Program-made: the position numbers and the translations under genes | Shown here: piece after piece, positions 26,434-39,803 of the stretch | Numbering within the stretch: the stretch's first letter is position 1 | How the letters are laid out: every line of letters starts with the position of its first letter | From: Felis catus | Lineage: Eukaryota | Direction of reading: 5' to 3' | Assembly (NCBI RefSeq): GCF_018350175.1 | Contig: NC_058368.1 | Span: 154,010,001 to 154,074,000 of the forward strand | DNA: 64,000 bases | Notes under the pieces: model-generated | Told to the model about the DNA's origin: nothing | What the model saw: only the letters and a program-made list of their open reading frames with translations | Databases searched by the model: none

Positions 26434-26889
26434 AGAATATTATTTGCTCCAACAAAAGGAACTGTTTACTTTTTTTACCCTCTATTTTTATGTAATGTGT
26501 CCCTTTTGTGATTCTTAACTTTCTTTTTTTTTTTTTTAAGGCTGATTCTTTTGGGCTTTCATAGGTCTGTTGTGTTTATTACAGAACCAATCCTTTTTCA
26601 CATATTTATCCTTTAAGTATCTTTTTTCTTTGTTGGGGGGTGGACTAAGGGATGGGCTTGTAAGCCACTGCAACTGTTTTTCTGGTTTTTATTAAAGTTA
26701 TTTTCTTTGTAAAAATTATCTTGAATTTTTAGATATTTCCTTTTCTTTTAAAGCAATATTATTTTTCTTTTAAGAATTTTATGGGTTGTTCATCACTCTT
26801 AAGGCATACTCTATTTTACTAAATTATAATATTTTATATGAACTTTCTGAAATTTGCTTTTCTTAAAGATTAGATATATGTAATCTTTT

Positions 26890-27050
26890 TTATATACATA
26901 TATATGATATATATATATAATTTCTATATCATATATATATATATATATCTCATATATATATAAAACTTCAAGCAAAGTGGCCAGGTTTTGTTAGAATTTG
27001 TGATAGTCAAGGAGGGACACTTGGACAGCAGAAGTTGAACTATATAGTTC

Positions 27051-27085
<35 letters not shown>

Positions 27086-27104
27086 TATATATATATATAG
27101 TTCA
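26890..27104. repeat. Two (TA)n-rich microsatellite tracts
   Basis: TA runs at ~26890-26962 and 27041-27099. Confidence 0.9.
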
Positions 27105-27775
27105 CTTTTAATCCCGGATTAGTTTTTGTTGATCAGAAACTGGTGTGGAAATAGGTACTTTGATGTTTGGTTTATCATCTGCAAAAAGAAAGAGCCCAAA
27201 CTTGGAAAGGTACTGAGTTGAAACAATGAGATGATTTGTACTTTTGCTATGATCAAAAATTCATGTCACCATTGAAATTGTCATATTGGGAAATTTTGAT
27301 GTTTTCTATTTGTAATTAAATCATTTTCCCCCTCTCTGTATTTATTCCCAGATGAGTACATAGAATCTACAGTTTTTACTTTTTATTTAATTCTCTCAAA
27401 ACCATAGAGCTTGTTTACATAATAGAAATTTAACCTACAAAAACATCAGCAAAACACCCAAATACTTTATTATATTATAGTTAATCTGCTTTTAAAAGTA
27501 TTTTAGTTTTCACACAGTAACAATTTTAGCTGGTTTAGAAGTGAAGGAAGGACATGATAAAATTTCCTTGTCTACACTGATTTTTTAAAATGTTGCTATA
27601 TGACTGTTACTTTGAAAGTATTTTATAATTCTGTCTTTTCTTATAAAGGAATACAAATTTGTTGTAAAATATTTAAAGATTACAGAAAAGAGTAAAATTA
27701 AAAATAAAATATCCTCAATAATCTCATTTTTCAGAAATAGCTTCCAGTAGCATTTTATATATACTTTCCACTGTC

Positions 27776-27920
27776 TATGTATATGCATGTGTGTGTTTGT
27801 GTGTGTGTGTATATATATATGTATATATACATATATATACATATATATATACATATATATATACACACACACATATACAATGTTTACATTGTGTATATAT
27901 ATATATATATAAACACACAT
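27776..27920. repeat. Compound (TG)n/(TA)n/(CA)n microsatellite
   Basis: Directly visible. Confidence 0.93.
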
Positions 27921-28001
27921 GTATTATGTACAAAAAGCAATAGAATACCATAAAGTTTGTCTGAAAACACAAAATTTAGATTTATAGTCTTATAAATATT
28001 C

Positions 28002-28065
28002 TTTTTTAAGTGCACTTATTTTGAGAGAGAGAAGAAGAGAGAGAGCGTGTAAGCAGGGGAGGGGG

Positions 28066-28117
<52 letters not shown>

Positions 28118-28249
28118 CCCAAGGAGGCTCTTCACTGTCACTGTCAGTGCAGAGCCCAATGTGGGGCTCTAACTTGGAAACCATGAGATCATGCCCTGAA
28201 CCGAAATCAAGAGTTGGACACATAATTGACCGAACCACCCAGGCACCCC
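28002..28249 (-). mobile_element. CAN-SINE, antisense, with expanded (GA)n
   Basis: About 23 GA units at 28068-28114. TSD TTATAAATATTC at 27990-28001 and 28255-28266. Confidence 0.95.
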
Positions 28250-29374
28250 AATTTTTATAAATATTCAGAAGGTTTAATTTGGTCTTGCTATCCAAGTTTT
28301 AAATGGTTTCCCTATTTTTAGTTTTATCCTTACTCCAATTAATTATAAAAACTGCTTTTCAGGTGAAAGATCCCAGCCTTTGACTAGGATCAAGTTGCTC
28401 CCATGATCAAGGACTTTCAGAGATTGCTGAGCCTGGATCTTTAGATCCTTGATTATTTGATCTTAAAATACCATTACTGCCTAGTCTCCCCCTCCACTTC
28501 TTTTGCATTGTAAGTGTACCTAAACCTCACTCTTCACTTGTTCACAATCTGGCTTTGTACTTTTCCTTCCTCTTTTTCCTTTTATCTGTATGCCTCTTGC
28601 CTAACTGTGCACATGCCATTCCCACTACCTGCAGTGTTCTCTCTATAAAAATGTCATTCATTGTTTATATGTTACATCCTAGGAATTTTCTTCTCTCATC
28701 AAATGAGGGCTCAATATGTGGCTATCATTTGTCTATATATTTATCTGTACCTCTAAACTATAAACTCCATGAAGCCAGTGTTTCTTCTGATTAATCATTC
28801 TCTTCCTACAGGGGCACTGATTGCTTTCACATAGTATAAAGTTTCCTATAATTTGTCTCATCATAAGAATGAGAAATAAGAATGTAGTTTCCTGAGCTCA
28901 GCCTGATTACTGCATTTGTATCCTGAGGTCTGTTGGTAGGGAATTTTATCAGAAGGAAAGTTTGGAAATCAAAATACCATATTTAAATACTTACAGAAAG
29001 GTTGTTAAATGAATGAATAAATGAGTCCCCTTGTATTTCTCTGGAGTTTTCTATTTAATGAAATTTACTCAAGTGTGTTTTTCTTTGGCTTTTCTGTTTT
29101 TCTTGTCTCCTATGTGTCCATTAAAATACGTTAAGCAGGAGGATGTGAAATTTGACAAAATTAATTGGTTTTATTAGCTAGTTGACAAATGATATTCCGA
29201 GCATCCTTTTTTGTCTTAAAAAAAAAAACAGTGATTACTTTTGAGCAGTATTTTCAGTGGTTAGATAGAAGTTTAAAGTAATGTGGTGGGCAGAGTTGGA
29301 AGATTGTAATGGAGTGTTTCTAGATCTCTGTAAGTCATATGTTCAACTTCGTGTGGAAGGAGTTCAAAAGACAG

Positions 29375-29560
29375 TGTAGGATGGTGAAAAGAGCCTGAGC
29401 CAGAAGACCCACTGGTCTTTGATCTGAAAATAACTTGGTTATGTTATCTTTTGAAAATCCCTTTATTTCACCAAGCTCAATTTATTCATCCGCAAAATAA
29501 GGAGGTCGGAGTAGCTGACTTTAAGTTCCCTTCAGCTCTAAATTCTGTGATTCTCTGATT
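29375..29560 (+). mobile_element. MIR-family SINE relic (MIR3/MIRc-like)
   Basis: CATCCGCAAAATAAGGAGG...TTCCCTTCAGCTCTAAATTCTGTGATTCT. Confidence 0.7.
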
Positions 29561-30714
29561 CTTCTTTTATTTGAGCATTTCATTTGTCTGTGTGATTTCT
29601 TTCTTGCCTCTGAAATGATAATTGAGGGTTGATTATACGTATCCACTCCAATTATCCATAGATCATAAAGATTTTTATTATTATATGTGGAAAATTAAGA
29701 TGTATGAAGGGCATAAGATTGAAATCGCCACAAAGTCTAATGATAAAACTATCATTTTCTCCTATGAATTTTCTTTAGAATATTATATTGGTGTTTTATG
29801 AAAAAAAAAAGAACAGTGTTTAATATTTAGTGTACTTCCAATCTTGAAGAAGAGAGCTGAGTTTTAAAAATATATGTATATGTATTAAACATTCTTCCAT
29901 CTAAATTTGTATTACATCATTATTGAAAGCACTGCGCCATGGCAAATGATCTATTACATCATGATTTACAGTGGTGTATTATATCAGTTGATGGATTATA
30001 GCATGTCATGTTTTGATACATAAAATTTTAAAGATAGAGATACAAATCACAAAAATAGTTCATGTCGAACAGTTAAAAGTTCTTTTTTTCCAATCTCCAA
30101 AATAATTTTAGACATTTTAGGGCATTCTATATTTTGATATAGTTGAGTGTCAATGTATTAGCTCCATGAGTATATAATATTCACAAGGAAAGTTATTAAG
30201 ATAGGCCATATGATTCAAATAGCTGATGATACCATATGTAAGATACAAAAGTTAAGATATTTTATAAGTCTTCATGTGTATCTGTTTTTCTGTTTTTATT
30301 TTTCTGCACTGATCAACCATGCTTTTATCATCCTATTTTTCAAAAGAAGGAATCTATTTTGCCTGCTATTCTACTTAGCTGTTATTATCAGCATAAAGTT
30401 GTTACCAAAGAATCAACAAAATAATTATTTGATGGGAAATGGAAAAAAAAGATAAGTTTTGTAGAAAAATTATCTGTTACTTTTAATCTGAATAATGACA
30501 TAATGAATACAACTTACAGGTCTAAATAAAGTAATAAACCATAAATTGCCAGAATTAAAATCTGTTCTTATAACTTTATAATTTTTAAAATGCCTAATAT
30601 TTAAAATTTAGATACATTTTACAGAAGAATATTGTATTGTCTGAACAGAGTATAATACATCTAACTTTTTTAAATTAAATGATAATAATGCAATATTATT
30701 TATTGTTTTTAAGT

Positions 30715-30948
30715 AAGAACGATTTGGGGCATCAGAAAGAGCCAAGTTTGATTCCTGCCTCTGTGATTTGCTAGCTACGTGGGCTGAACAACCACTTCAA
30801 GTTTTTAAACTAGTTTCCTTATCTGTAAAATGGGACTAATAATCATCTGCTTCTTAGGTATGTTGTATATGTGAGACCACATGTTAAATGTGCCTAACAG
30901 AATAATCCTGGCTTCAAAAATATCTTCAATAAATATTATTATTATTAT
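30715..30948 (+). mobile_element. MIR relic
   Basis: Core AGTTTCCTTATCTGTAAAATGGGACTAATAAT, ending in CAATAAATATTATTATT. Confidence 0.75.
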
Positions 30949-31444
30949 GATTCATTTTAAGCCTGTGTAATACCTCATATTCACTCTCTGCTCTTCAAAG
31001 AATTTTCTTCTCTTATTTACTTTTACTTAAGTTCTGAGCCATTCAATGTATTGGTATTCTGAGTCTTTTTTTTTTTTTTTCCAAAAAGCTAAAGTTCATG
31101 TTATCGAATCCTGTTTTAGGGAGTGGACATTGTCTCAGAACAATGTTTTCCTGCTTGTGTTTTGTTTGGAGGACCTAAACTATTTAATCTATCAGCACAA
31201 GGTTTTTTTTTTTTTTATGCTTATATTTTTCAGGAACTCGTGTTGTTTGTAATAAAGCTGAGAAAGACAGAACACACAAAGAAAATACCACTGTTAGTAT
31301 CATAGGACAAATTTTTATGACTAATAGCTTATTTGAGGCACTATTGAATTTTTAAAAAATTGTAAATAAGTGAGAACCCAGAGTATCAAAGTGTTCCTCT
31401 TCCTACCTCTTTAGAATTTAAGGTAACGGTATATGTTTTTTTAA

Positions 31445-31945
31445 ATGATGTGCTGGATATCTTCACTCACTCCTCCAGACTCTATTTCCACTCTTCTCTA
31501 CCTTGCTCTGTACCCCACAGGGTATTAACAGGGTTCTTTGACCTCTGGCTTCCTGTTGGATTTAGTGTGTGAGGTTCAGCTGGAATGGGAGAGAAGGGGA
31601 CCATTGAGGTTTCGGGTGTTTATGCCTCTAAAATCCCTCCGTGCAGCTTTGTCTGAGGCTGTCTACATCTGTCTGTCACAGGTTACAACTCATGCCCGTT
31701 GGCCATGCCACACCAACCTCTCTCTGTGTCACCTGGTTCTAGTAACAGCTCTAACCCCTGTTCTTTCGGGCCTAACAGTGGGAGTGGTAAAGATGCTTTG
31801 GTATTTATCTAGCCCCTAGTCACTGCAGGAACCCTGTGACTTCCCAGTATTCTCCCATGTTTTGTAAATCTCTATACATTAGACTCTCTTCCTTGTGCTC
31901 AGTTTGAGTTTGCTTTTTATTTCATGTTGAGACATAGACCCCATA
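31445..31945. mobile_element. ERVL solo LTR relic (LTR33-like)
   Basis: CTCCAGACTCTATTTCCACTCTTCTCTACCTTGCTCTGTACCCC...CCTCTGGCTTCCTGTTGG resembles the recalled LTR33 start. Confidence 0.6.
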
Positions 31946-32892
31946 TAATAGTTGTATTTTTATGTTACTGTTTAAATTCTAATTTCTATTAGAACAAATA
32001 ATGTTTTCTGCATTTTCATTTCCCTCCCTTTGTAATCATAGAGTTGTGGATTTGTAGGGGTAGAAATAATAGTTGGGTTGATTAACAGAGCTAGAATTGA
32101 GGTTTTTAGTTGGATAAGGTATAAAGATGTGTACCTGGCAAGGGCTGAGGAATTTCCTCATTTCTTACTCATACCTTGTTGGAAATGAACAATGTTGCTA
32201 GCATAAGCAGGATATAGAGAGGCATTTTGGCGGTCTCTAGTTTCTCTGTAAAGAGGGCACTAGATTCTTTCGGCCTCTGCTATTTCCCCCATATACTGCA
32301 GCAGTTACAGAAGGAATGTGGGTAGGGAACTATGGCAGAGCTGTTAACATTTTTCTTTTCTTTATGTTTTATGGTATATACGCTGATTATTTGGTTGTTT
32401 TGTTGAGTTTAGCTCAACCGCCTTCCTTGGGAGTCCCCTTAAAAACCAAGGCATTAAAGTTTGATTAAAAGATGACCATTGGTGTTTTACTAAGGTATTT
32501 CAGAACTATCTATTCCTTGGGGAAGAAAAGAAGTTAATCTAACTATCCACAATATGGTAGAATAATTTTAATATATTTCATGACTATTTTTATAGGAGAA
32601 ATAACTTTTAAAAACATACAATTAATCAAGAGAAAGTGGTTTTCAATTTGCTATTAGATTCATCTTTATTTAGTAGATGCTTTTGCTTAGATTTCACACA
32701 CTATATTTTTTCAAGAATATGAATATGTTGAAGGGATAGCCTATTGTAAGATAATATCTCCACATAATCTCTAGTACAACTGTGTGAATCACTTATTAAC
32801 AATCCACAGAATTGCATACTTGTATTAGTGAAGACCTGAAGGTAACAGGAATGTCTCATTATAATCCTTAAGCCTGTTTAATCCACAAACTG

Positions 32893-32893
<1 letters not shown>

Positions 32894-32938
<45 letters not shown>
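32894..32938. repeat. (TA)n microsatellite
   Basis: About 21 perfect units. Confidence 0.97.
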
Positions 32939-32941
<3 letters not shown>

Positions 32942-34892
32942 TCATCTAAACTTACCAAACTTACCTCACTCTATTCTTTGATTCTTAATACATATTTTAG
33001 CAGCTGCTTACAAGGGGGCCCACAGATGGGGAGCAAAGTGGGACTGGGCTCAAGTTGTTTGAGCGCAACCTTGGATCTGATAGCCCAGAGAAGGGCTGGA
33101 GGAGTAAGGATGAGGCCAGGGTTTGAGACTGGGCTTTGTGTGAACCCTTAACCCCAACCTGCTCACCTTGGAGAAGTCCAGCAAGAAGCCTCACTATATC
33201 AAACTGTGCAAGATCAGGTAGCCCAAAACATCTTCAAGACAAATGCCATATCACAGAACTGTATCTTTCTCCTTGCTGACAACCTTGTCCTGGAATGTAC
33301 AGGATGAAAATTTTACCCCCCAGGCTGTGACACCCTTGACCAAGAACTCCAACCCCAGAGAAGAAGTGGATCTGTTTCAACCTGGTTTTTGGGGAGCCAG
33401 CTTGAGGTCCAGCACAACCCCAACATGCGCCCAGTAACATGTGATGGTCCCCTTTGCATCTGCCCTCCCAAGCCTTCTTGGATGGACAAAATGTGACCAA
33501 TTTTGAAGGGAATGATTTTGTTCCTCTCCCCATTGGCCACAGGTATTAGGACAGTGTGATTTCAGAGTGATTTCCTACAGTGTCAGTTCCTCCCTCCAGG
33601 CTGGGAGGCAAAAACCACCATCACAGGAATTCTCAATAAATTTTTATAAGCTGAAAAAAACTACATGTTTTGGGAATCAAGGAAACGGGGGCTGGGAAAA
33701 TATTTACTTCACCACAATCTTTTCCATAAAGATACTTAGCCCTAGATTTTTTAGCCACTGGAGTTTGAAGTCAGTAAACAGTTTAGGCCACATTTGGGTA
33801 ATTTGATATAAGGTGATATAAAAGTCTTCTATAAATATCTGATTAAAGCCAAACATTTAAGTGAGTGGATCCCATGAGAAGAGAAGCCTTACAGTTACTG
33901 TACTTTTACAGAAAAACATTGTTATGTACATATGACTAGGCTACATATAGTTTTAGGAAAACAAAACAAAACAAAACAAACAAAAAACTAAGAAGGAGAG
34001 CCAGTGCATGTGAATTGAACTGGCCATGTACTTAGGAAATTGTACAGATTCCTAACTGCCTGGAGAGAATTAATTAATTTTGTTTTTCTTAAAGATGGGA
34101 ATAGGACTGAACTCCCATATCCTGTTAAGTGACCTATAAAAGCCATTTTACTCATTATTATGGGCTTTTTTGGTCTCAAACTCATTTGAATCTAGCTCTG
34201 TATATACTAAAAATGTTTTGATTATCAATTGTTGAATTGCATTTGCCAATTAACAATATCTTCAAGGATAGAAGTTTCATTTTTTTCAGATAGTACTTTA
34301 TCTGTAATACTTTGGTTTTAGGTAGGAAATAAAGACATATGCCATAGATTGTGAAGGAAAGGCACACATGAGTAATTATGATTGGCCAACTCTTAATATA
34401 ACCTACATATTTGAGTGAGATGTTCAAATGATATATAGAAAGAGTACTGCAGGGGATACTAAATAGAAGTTGATAGTATAGAAGTATTTTATACAGTAAA
34501 CATGAAAAAATCCCTTCTAAAATTAATCAAGTTTTATATAGAGAAAAAGATATGTAAAATATTTAAATATTTTTGCTTTATGAAGATTCACAAAGAGGTT
34601 TAATATCCAAAAGATTCTTTTTTTTTTCTTTGCATGCAGATGTAACATTAGTTGTTAAATGTCTTAAGACCTGTAACATGATTATCTTCCCTTATGGGAA
34701 GTCTCTGAAGCAACTTTTTACTACTACATTGGCTCAAAATATTCTAATTCATACACTACTAAGATTTCTGAAAAATCCTTGTTCATCCTTGTTTAAGTGA
34801 AAGCATAAAATATCCTTTATATCAGGGACTTTCTCCCAGAAGTGTTGATGTACCCATGAAACTGATCTGATGCCTTTTAACTTTATTTTTAG

Positions 34893-34969
34893 ATGCTAGT
34901 ACAGAATCCCCAGATTATACTATCAGTAGTACAGTGTTGCTGAAGAATAGCTCTGGGCAAAAATATGAG
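34893..34969 (+). CDS. Candidate 77-nt coding exon B (phase 1 to 0), product unknown
   Basis: Polypyrimidine tract CCTTTTAACTTTATTTTTAG and donor GAG|GTATGA. Only one frame is open: (D)ASTESPDYTISSTVLLKNSSGQKYE. Confidence 0.45.
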
Positions 34970-35089
34970 GTATGAAGTTTATGTCTTTCCCAGTAGTTTT
35001 ATCTGTGCCATCCTGATAAACTGTCCATGCCTATCAAAATTACCAAAATAAATCGGCTTGATAGTCTTCAAAGAATCTCACAGATACTC

Positions 35090-35670
35090 TGTTACTCCCC
35101 CGAATACTTATTAAGCATCTATTATGTATCAGATACTTTTTGGGGGTGCTTACTAATGCCACAGTGAGCAAAGATGACCAATCCCCCATCCTCAGAGCCC
35201 TTACAGTCTAATAAGGAGAAGGAAGAAACATGTTTAAAAAGCAATATTAAAAATGTTATTAAGACCGGGGAGAAGTTTCAGCTTTTAACAGGATGGCCTG
35301 GGAAGGATGGGTTGACAAGGTGACACTGGAGCAATGACCCGAAGAAGGAGAGTAAGCCATCCTTCTTCAGAAGAGTGGATAAGCACACTCATCTAAGGTA
35401 TGCCTGCATGTTTGGGACAGGTGACCAGAGGGGCTGTAGCAAGGAGAGTGGGAGCACCAGTAGAAGCAGTAGAAGTAACCAGAGGGTAGACGCTGTCAGC
35501 CCTGGAAAGCTTGTGTAAAAACCATGGCTGTTTGTCCAGAGAGAGTTAGGAAGTAGAAGAGTGATGGAATCTGAATTATATTATGTAAGGGTCATAAAAG
35601 TTTGTAGGCTGCAAGTGGACCAGGCTGGTGATGGTAGAGGTGATGGGAAATGGTTGGAAGTGAGATGATA
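35090..35670 (-). mobile_element. L2 3' fragment, antisense
   Basis: AATACTTATTAAGCATCTATTATGTATCAGATACT...CCTCAGAGCCCTTACAGTCTA is typical of the L2 3' end. Confidence 0.7.
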
Positions 35671-36044
35671 CAGAAGTTTCTTCTGTGGGTTGTGGAGTTC
35701 CCAAAGTACAGGTTATAGGAAGGAGTAAAGTGCTGTATTTTCAAGGTTGCAGAAACTCATACATGTATGAAAAACTGGAAAACTTCTGTGATTAGAAATT
35801 TCCTTTTTATTTGGATATATAATAATCCTGTTTATATGGTATTGCTACATGATATATCAGTGGTCCTAATATACATCATCTGACGGATTTTAAAAGAAAA
35901 TGCGAAAGAATGTTTATGTAAATTGAGGAAGCTGAAGAATTGGCTAAGGTATTTCATAGACTAATAGTTTGGGATTTTATTCTTAAGTGGTTGGCCGAAT
36001 GTTTCATTGGCATTCTATCCTTAGGAATAATATATGTTGCTCAT

Positions 36045-36071
36045 GGGGTGCCTGGGTGGCTCAGTGGCTTA
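36045..36071 (+). mobile_element. Isolated CAN-SINE head between direct repeats
   Basis: GGGGTGCCTGGGTGGCTCAGTGGCTTA flanked by 21-bp repeats that match at 19 of 21 positions. Confidence 0.85.
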
Positions 36072-37254
36072 AGGAATAATCTATGTTGTTCACAAAATCC
36101 AAGGGAGGAGACCTGTATAGACGTTGTCCCTGATTTCTGGATGGCCAGTGGCCACTAGGTCAAAATTTGGATGAACTGGTAACATTCAATGATCAGAAGA
36201 ATTATCTGGAGAGTTCTAGGGAGAGAAGGAGGAAGAGAACAAAGAGGGATTAATATTTATTGAATGAAGCAATTTTATTGACATGAAAAAAAATAGTTAC
36301 ATGTGCCCAAGAAACAGGTTGAGGGGTAGGGAATAAGAAGAGAGAATTAATACTTTTGTATTGCGACTTTATCGTATCTGCCTATTAGATTGTTTTGGTA
36401 ACAGTGTGGTTGTACATGTCAGAGAGAAAGAACTGGTTAGGAGAATGTGGAATAAACAAATTCTAAGAATGACTGTGATCTGGAGTATGGCTGTGACTGT
36501 GAAATGGTGAGGATAAATTATATTCAAGAAATATTTCAAACTTAAAGCCAAAGAACTTGGTAATTATGTGGTAGGATTATACATGAGGTTTAAAAGAAGA
36601 AAGATTTATTATCAGGAATGATTTCACATCTTCAGGATTGGTGACCAGGAAAAGGATATTTACATTAGTAATAATAATAATACTATTATTAATAATAATA
36701 AAATAAAAAAGGAGGGAGAGAATGAAAAAGAAAGAGGTGTAGGGATTCTTTCCCATAAATGATTCTGTACATTTGGACATGTTGGTTTTAGAGTTCTGTT
36801 TGTTCATACAAAAGGACAAGTAGCTGGACCACAGAGTTCAAATTTGGGATTGATCCATACAGAAAATATAGTCACAGGTGAGATCATAGGAGCCAATGAA
36901 AATAGGTAGAGTTAGAACAAAGTAAAAGACCACAGTCAGCCCTGACAGAAGGAAGAGAAGTTTGTGAAAGAAACTCTGGAGGAGCAATGAAGAGTTTGGG
37001 GGAAAGATGAGAGCAACCTGGAAGCCCAGGGAAAGAAAGTTTGAGGAGTAAAGGAGGAGTCAAACAACAAAAATGAAAGACAGTAGTCAGAGAAGGTAAG
37101 AACTTGCCTCGAATATTTAGCAGCAAGATATCCTCATGAGCTTGATAAGAAAAGTATCAGATCAGTGGTGGGGGCAAAAGTGTAATTGCAGTAGTCTAAG
37201 GAATGCATTAGGAACAGTTGAAGAAATAGGGAAAAGTAAAGCACTGTATTACTT

Positions 37255-37915
37255 CTGGTAGGTATAACAATGATCCCTAAAAGTGACCACATCCTAATCT
37301 CTAGCACCTGTGAATGTTGCTTGCATTGCAGACCTAAGTTAAGACTCTTATTTTAAAGGGGTAGGAGAAATGGATCCAGGAGGTCAAAAGGAACAAAGAG
37401 TCTCGAGTAAGGAAGATTATCCTGCATTGTCTGGGGGTGTTCAGGATAATAACTGGGTCTTTATGAGAGAGAGTCAGAGAAGGAGATGTGATTGATGTTG
37501 GGAGCAGAAGGCAGGGGTGTGACTTGCTGGCTTTGTTGAGGGAAAGGGACGACAACTTAAGGAATGTGGGAAAGCTCTAGAAAAATGAATCCTGAGAGCC
37601 TCTGAAGATAGACCTGAATTTTGGACTTGCAACCTGTAGAACTTTTTTTTTTTTTTCATGTTTATTTACATTGGAGAGCGAGCGCACGTACATGGGGGAG
37701 GGGCAAAGAGAAGGAGACAGAATCCAAAGCAGGCTCCTGGCCCTAGGCTTGAGCTGTCATCACAGAACCCGATGTCGGGCTCAAACTCACAAATCACAAG
37801 ATCATGACCTGAACTGAAGTCGGATGCTTAACTCACTGAGCCACCCAGCGCCCCTAGAACTTTAAAATAATAAGTTTGTGTTGTGTTTAGTCACTAGGAT
37901 ATATAGGAAATAATA
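37255..37915 (+). mobile_element. MaLR solo LTR (MLT1D/E-like) interrupted by a SINE
   Basis: CACATCCTAATCTCTAGCACCTGTGAATGTT, GGAAGATTATCCTG, and 3' end AAAATAATAAGTTTGTGTTGTGTTTAGTCACTA. Confidence 0.75.
37646..37854 (-). mobile_element. CAN-SINE, antisense
   Basis: TSD TAGAACTTT at 37637-37645 and 37855-37863. Confidence 0.94.
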
Positions 37916-37982
37916 TGTTACTCTTGGCTGTAGAAGAGGACAGAAAAGAAGACAGACAAGAGCACAGAGCACAGAATATAAA

Positions 37983-38005
37983 TGTGTGTGTGTGTGTGTG
38001 TGTGT
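37983..38005. repeat. (TG)n microsatellite
   Basis: About 11 units. Confidence 0.9.
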
Positions 38006-39803
38006 ATTCAAAATCATCAGGGATTCTTGAGACTACTCTTATGAAAATTCTGTAATATGGTGGGATGTTAGATATATCAATAATTTATTGGGCTGTCTTA
38101 ACTATGTGTGATTGTATAAATAATAATCACTCTGTATGATGATTTTACTCATTTTCTCCAGTAGAGGTTTCCCAAGGACTGAAGAAGCAGAGTTAACACC
38201 TGTACTTTTGGGTATTTTGATATTTGTGTACTTGTCACATTTTTATACTCTTCTACAGCCAATTTATTTTATGTATGCAAATTCCCTTCCCATGTTAATT
38301 TTAATTTTATTCATTTTAAAGAAATCTCTGTTCTGAGTGTTCCTTGTAATAATAAGGTGTTCTGTGTTTTTATTGTTGTTTTTTTACTGGTGGAAAATAA
38401 GTTCCTGTAATTTAATGCGGAATTGTGACACTGTTCAGATGTTCAAAATGAAATGAAAATTCTTTGATTTTAATTAATTCTTTAATTCTTTGATTTGTTA
38501 TTGGTCTTCATAATTATCCTAATTCCACAGCCTAAGTATCAGAACAATAACATGTATATTTCTCAATGTCTGCCAAATGACATAATAACCTGAGAATTGG
38601 CCTAGTTTAAAGAAAAATTCAAGTGTTTGTAATCAAAACAATCAGTAAAAGTTGATTAGATATTAATTATGGAACAGAATTCTCACTGTTCTCATACCAA
38701 CTCATTCAGACTTTTCTTATTATAGATTATAAACCATAATTATAATTTATAAATATTTTCAATCAAATAATATTTGCCTTTAATAATGATATACAAATCA
38801 TTCTATGCTAACGTAATCCATGCTCTATTCCTTACACTATTGAAGCTGAAGGTTGGTAGCTCATATATCCGCTCCATCTTCACATAAACACAAGTCAAAC
38901 TTACTTGCGATGATTATAATACAGGTGTTAAGGGACTGGGCTGACAGGTTTTCTGCATGTACCTGCTATGTTTATAGTTGCTCAAATTGAGTTGAGGGAT
39001 ATTCAAAGCACTTTTCTTTAACACTCCCGTGAAATTGTGTCTCAAAGTCCAACAGGACTTTTTTTTCTCCAAACAACACTTTGTTTTGTGCGATACTTTC
39101 CTCCATGACTTCTTTCTTCTGTGCAGCTGCCTGTGCTGATCCCTTCATCTCAGCTTCTCTCTCCTTCCACCTGTATTTATCTCAAAGTACAACTTCAAAT
39201 TGACTGGATTTTTTTCTCTTTTTGTTTGATTTTAAGGAAGAAAAGTCATGTCCACTTCCTTTTGGGCTTACGGTTACAGCTCTTGGTGAGCTGATCACCC
39301 CTCCCTGTTTCAGACTGGAGGAGGCTTATAAATGGGAGGAATCTTTCATCTTCTAACCATTTCCCCTGTGCTCAGTGTGGGCTTTAAGTGGAGCAGACCA
39401 TCTATAACGACTGACTGAAGAACAGGGTTTTACTCTCCTCTCTTAGTACCTTGCTTTATTTTCTAAAATGCATTGTTATCTGTCTTCCAATAATTATTCT
39501 TAGGGTTTTCTCTCTTGATTAATAATGATCTTTATGTCTTCTTCAGAGTAACATTGCTTTAAAAAGAAATTCTTCATGAGAAATGGGTAAAAGAAGGTAA
39601 ACATCTTTCAAATCCTAGCTACTTATCTTTAAAATACCCAGATGTGCTTCCTAGTGTGCCAATTTATGATCATAACTTACAAGTTACTTTATATCAAGTT
39701 TCATATTTCAGGGGAATTACATGGTTTTATCAGGATTTATCTAATTTACTTTTAAAGTCACGTTAATGCTATAAAAACAATTTTTGAAAGTTTGTCCTAC
39801 ATC

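Noticed and set aside
35341..35368. 9-bp inverted repeat GAAGAAGGA/TCCTTCTTC
   Set aside because: Short, low-complexity and inside an L2 relic.
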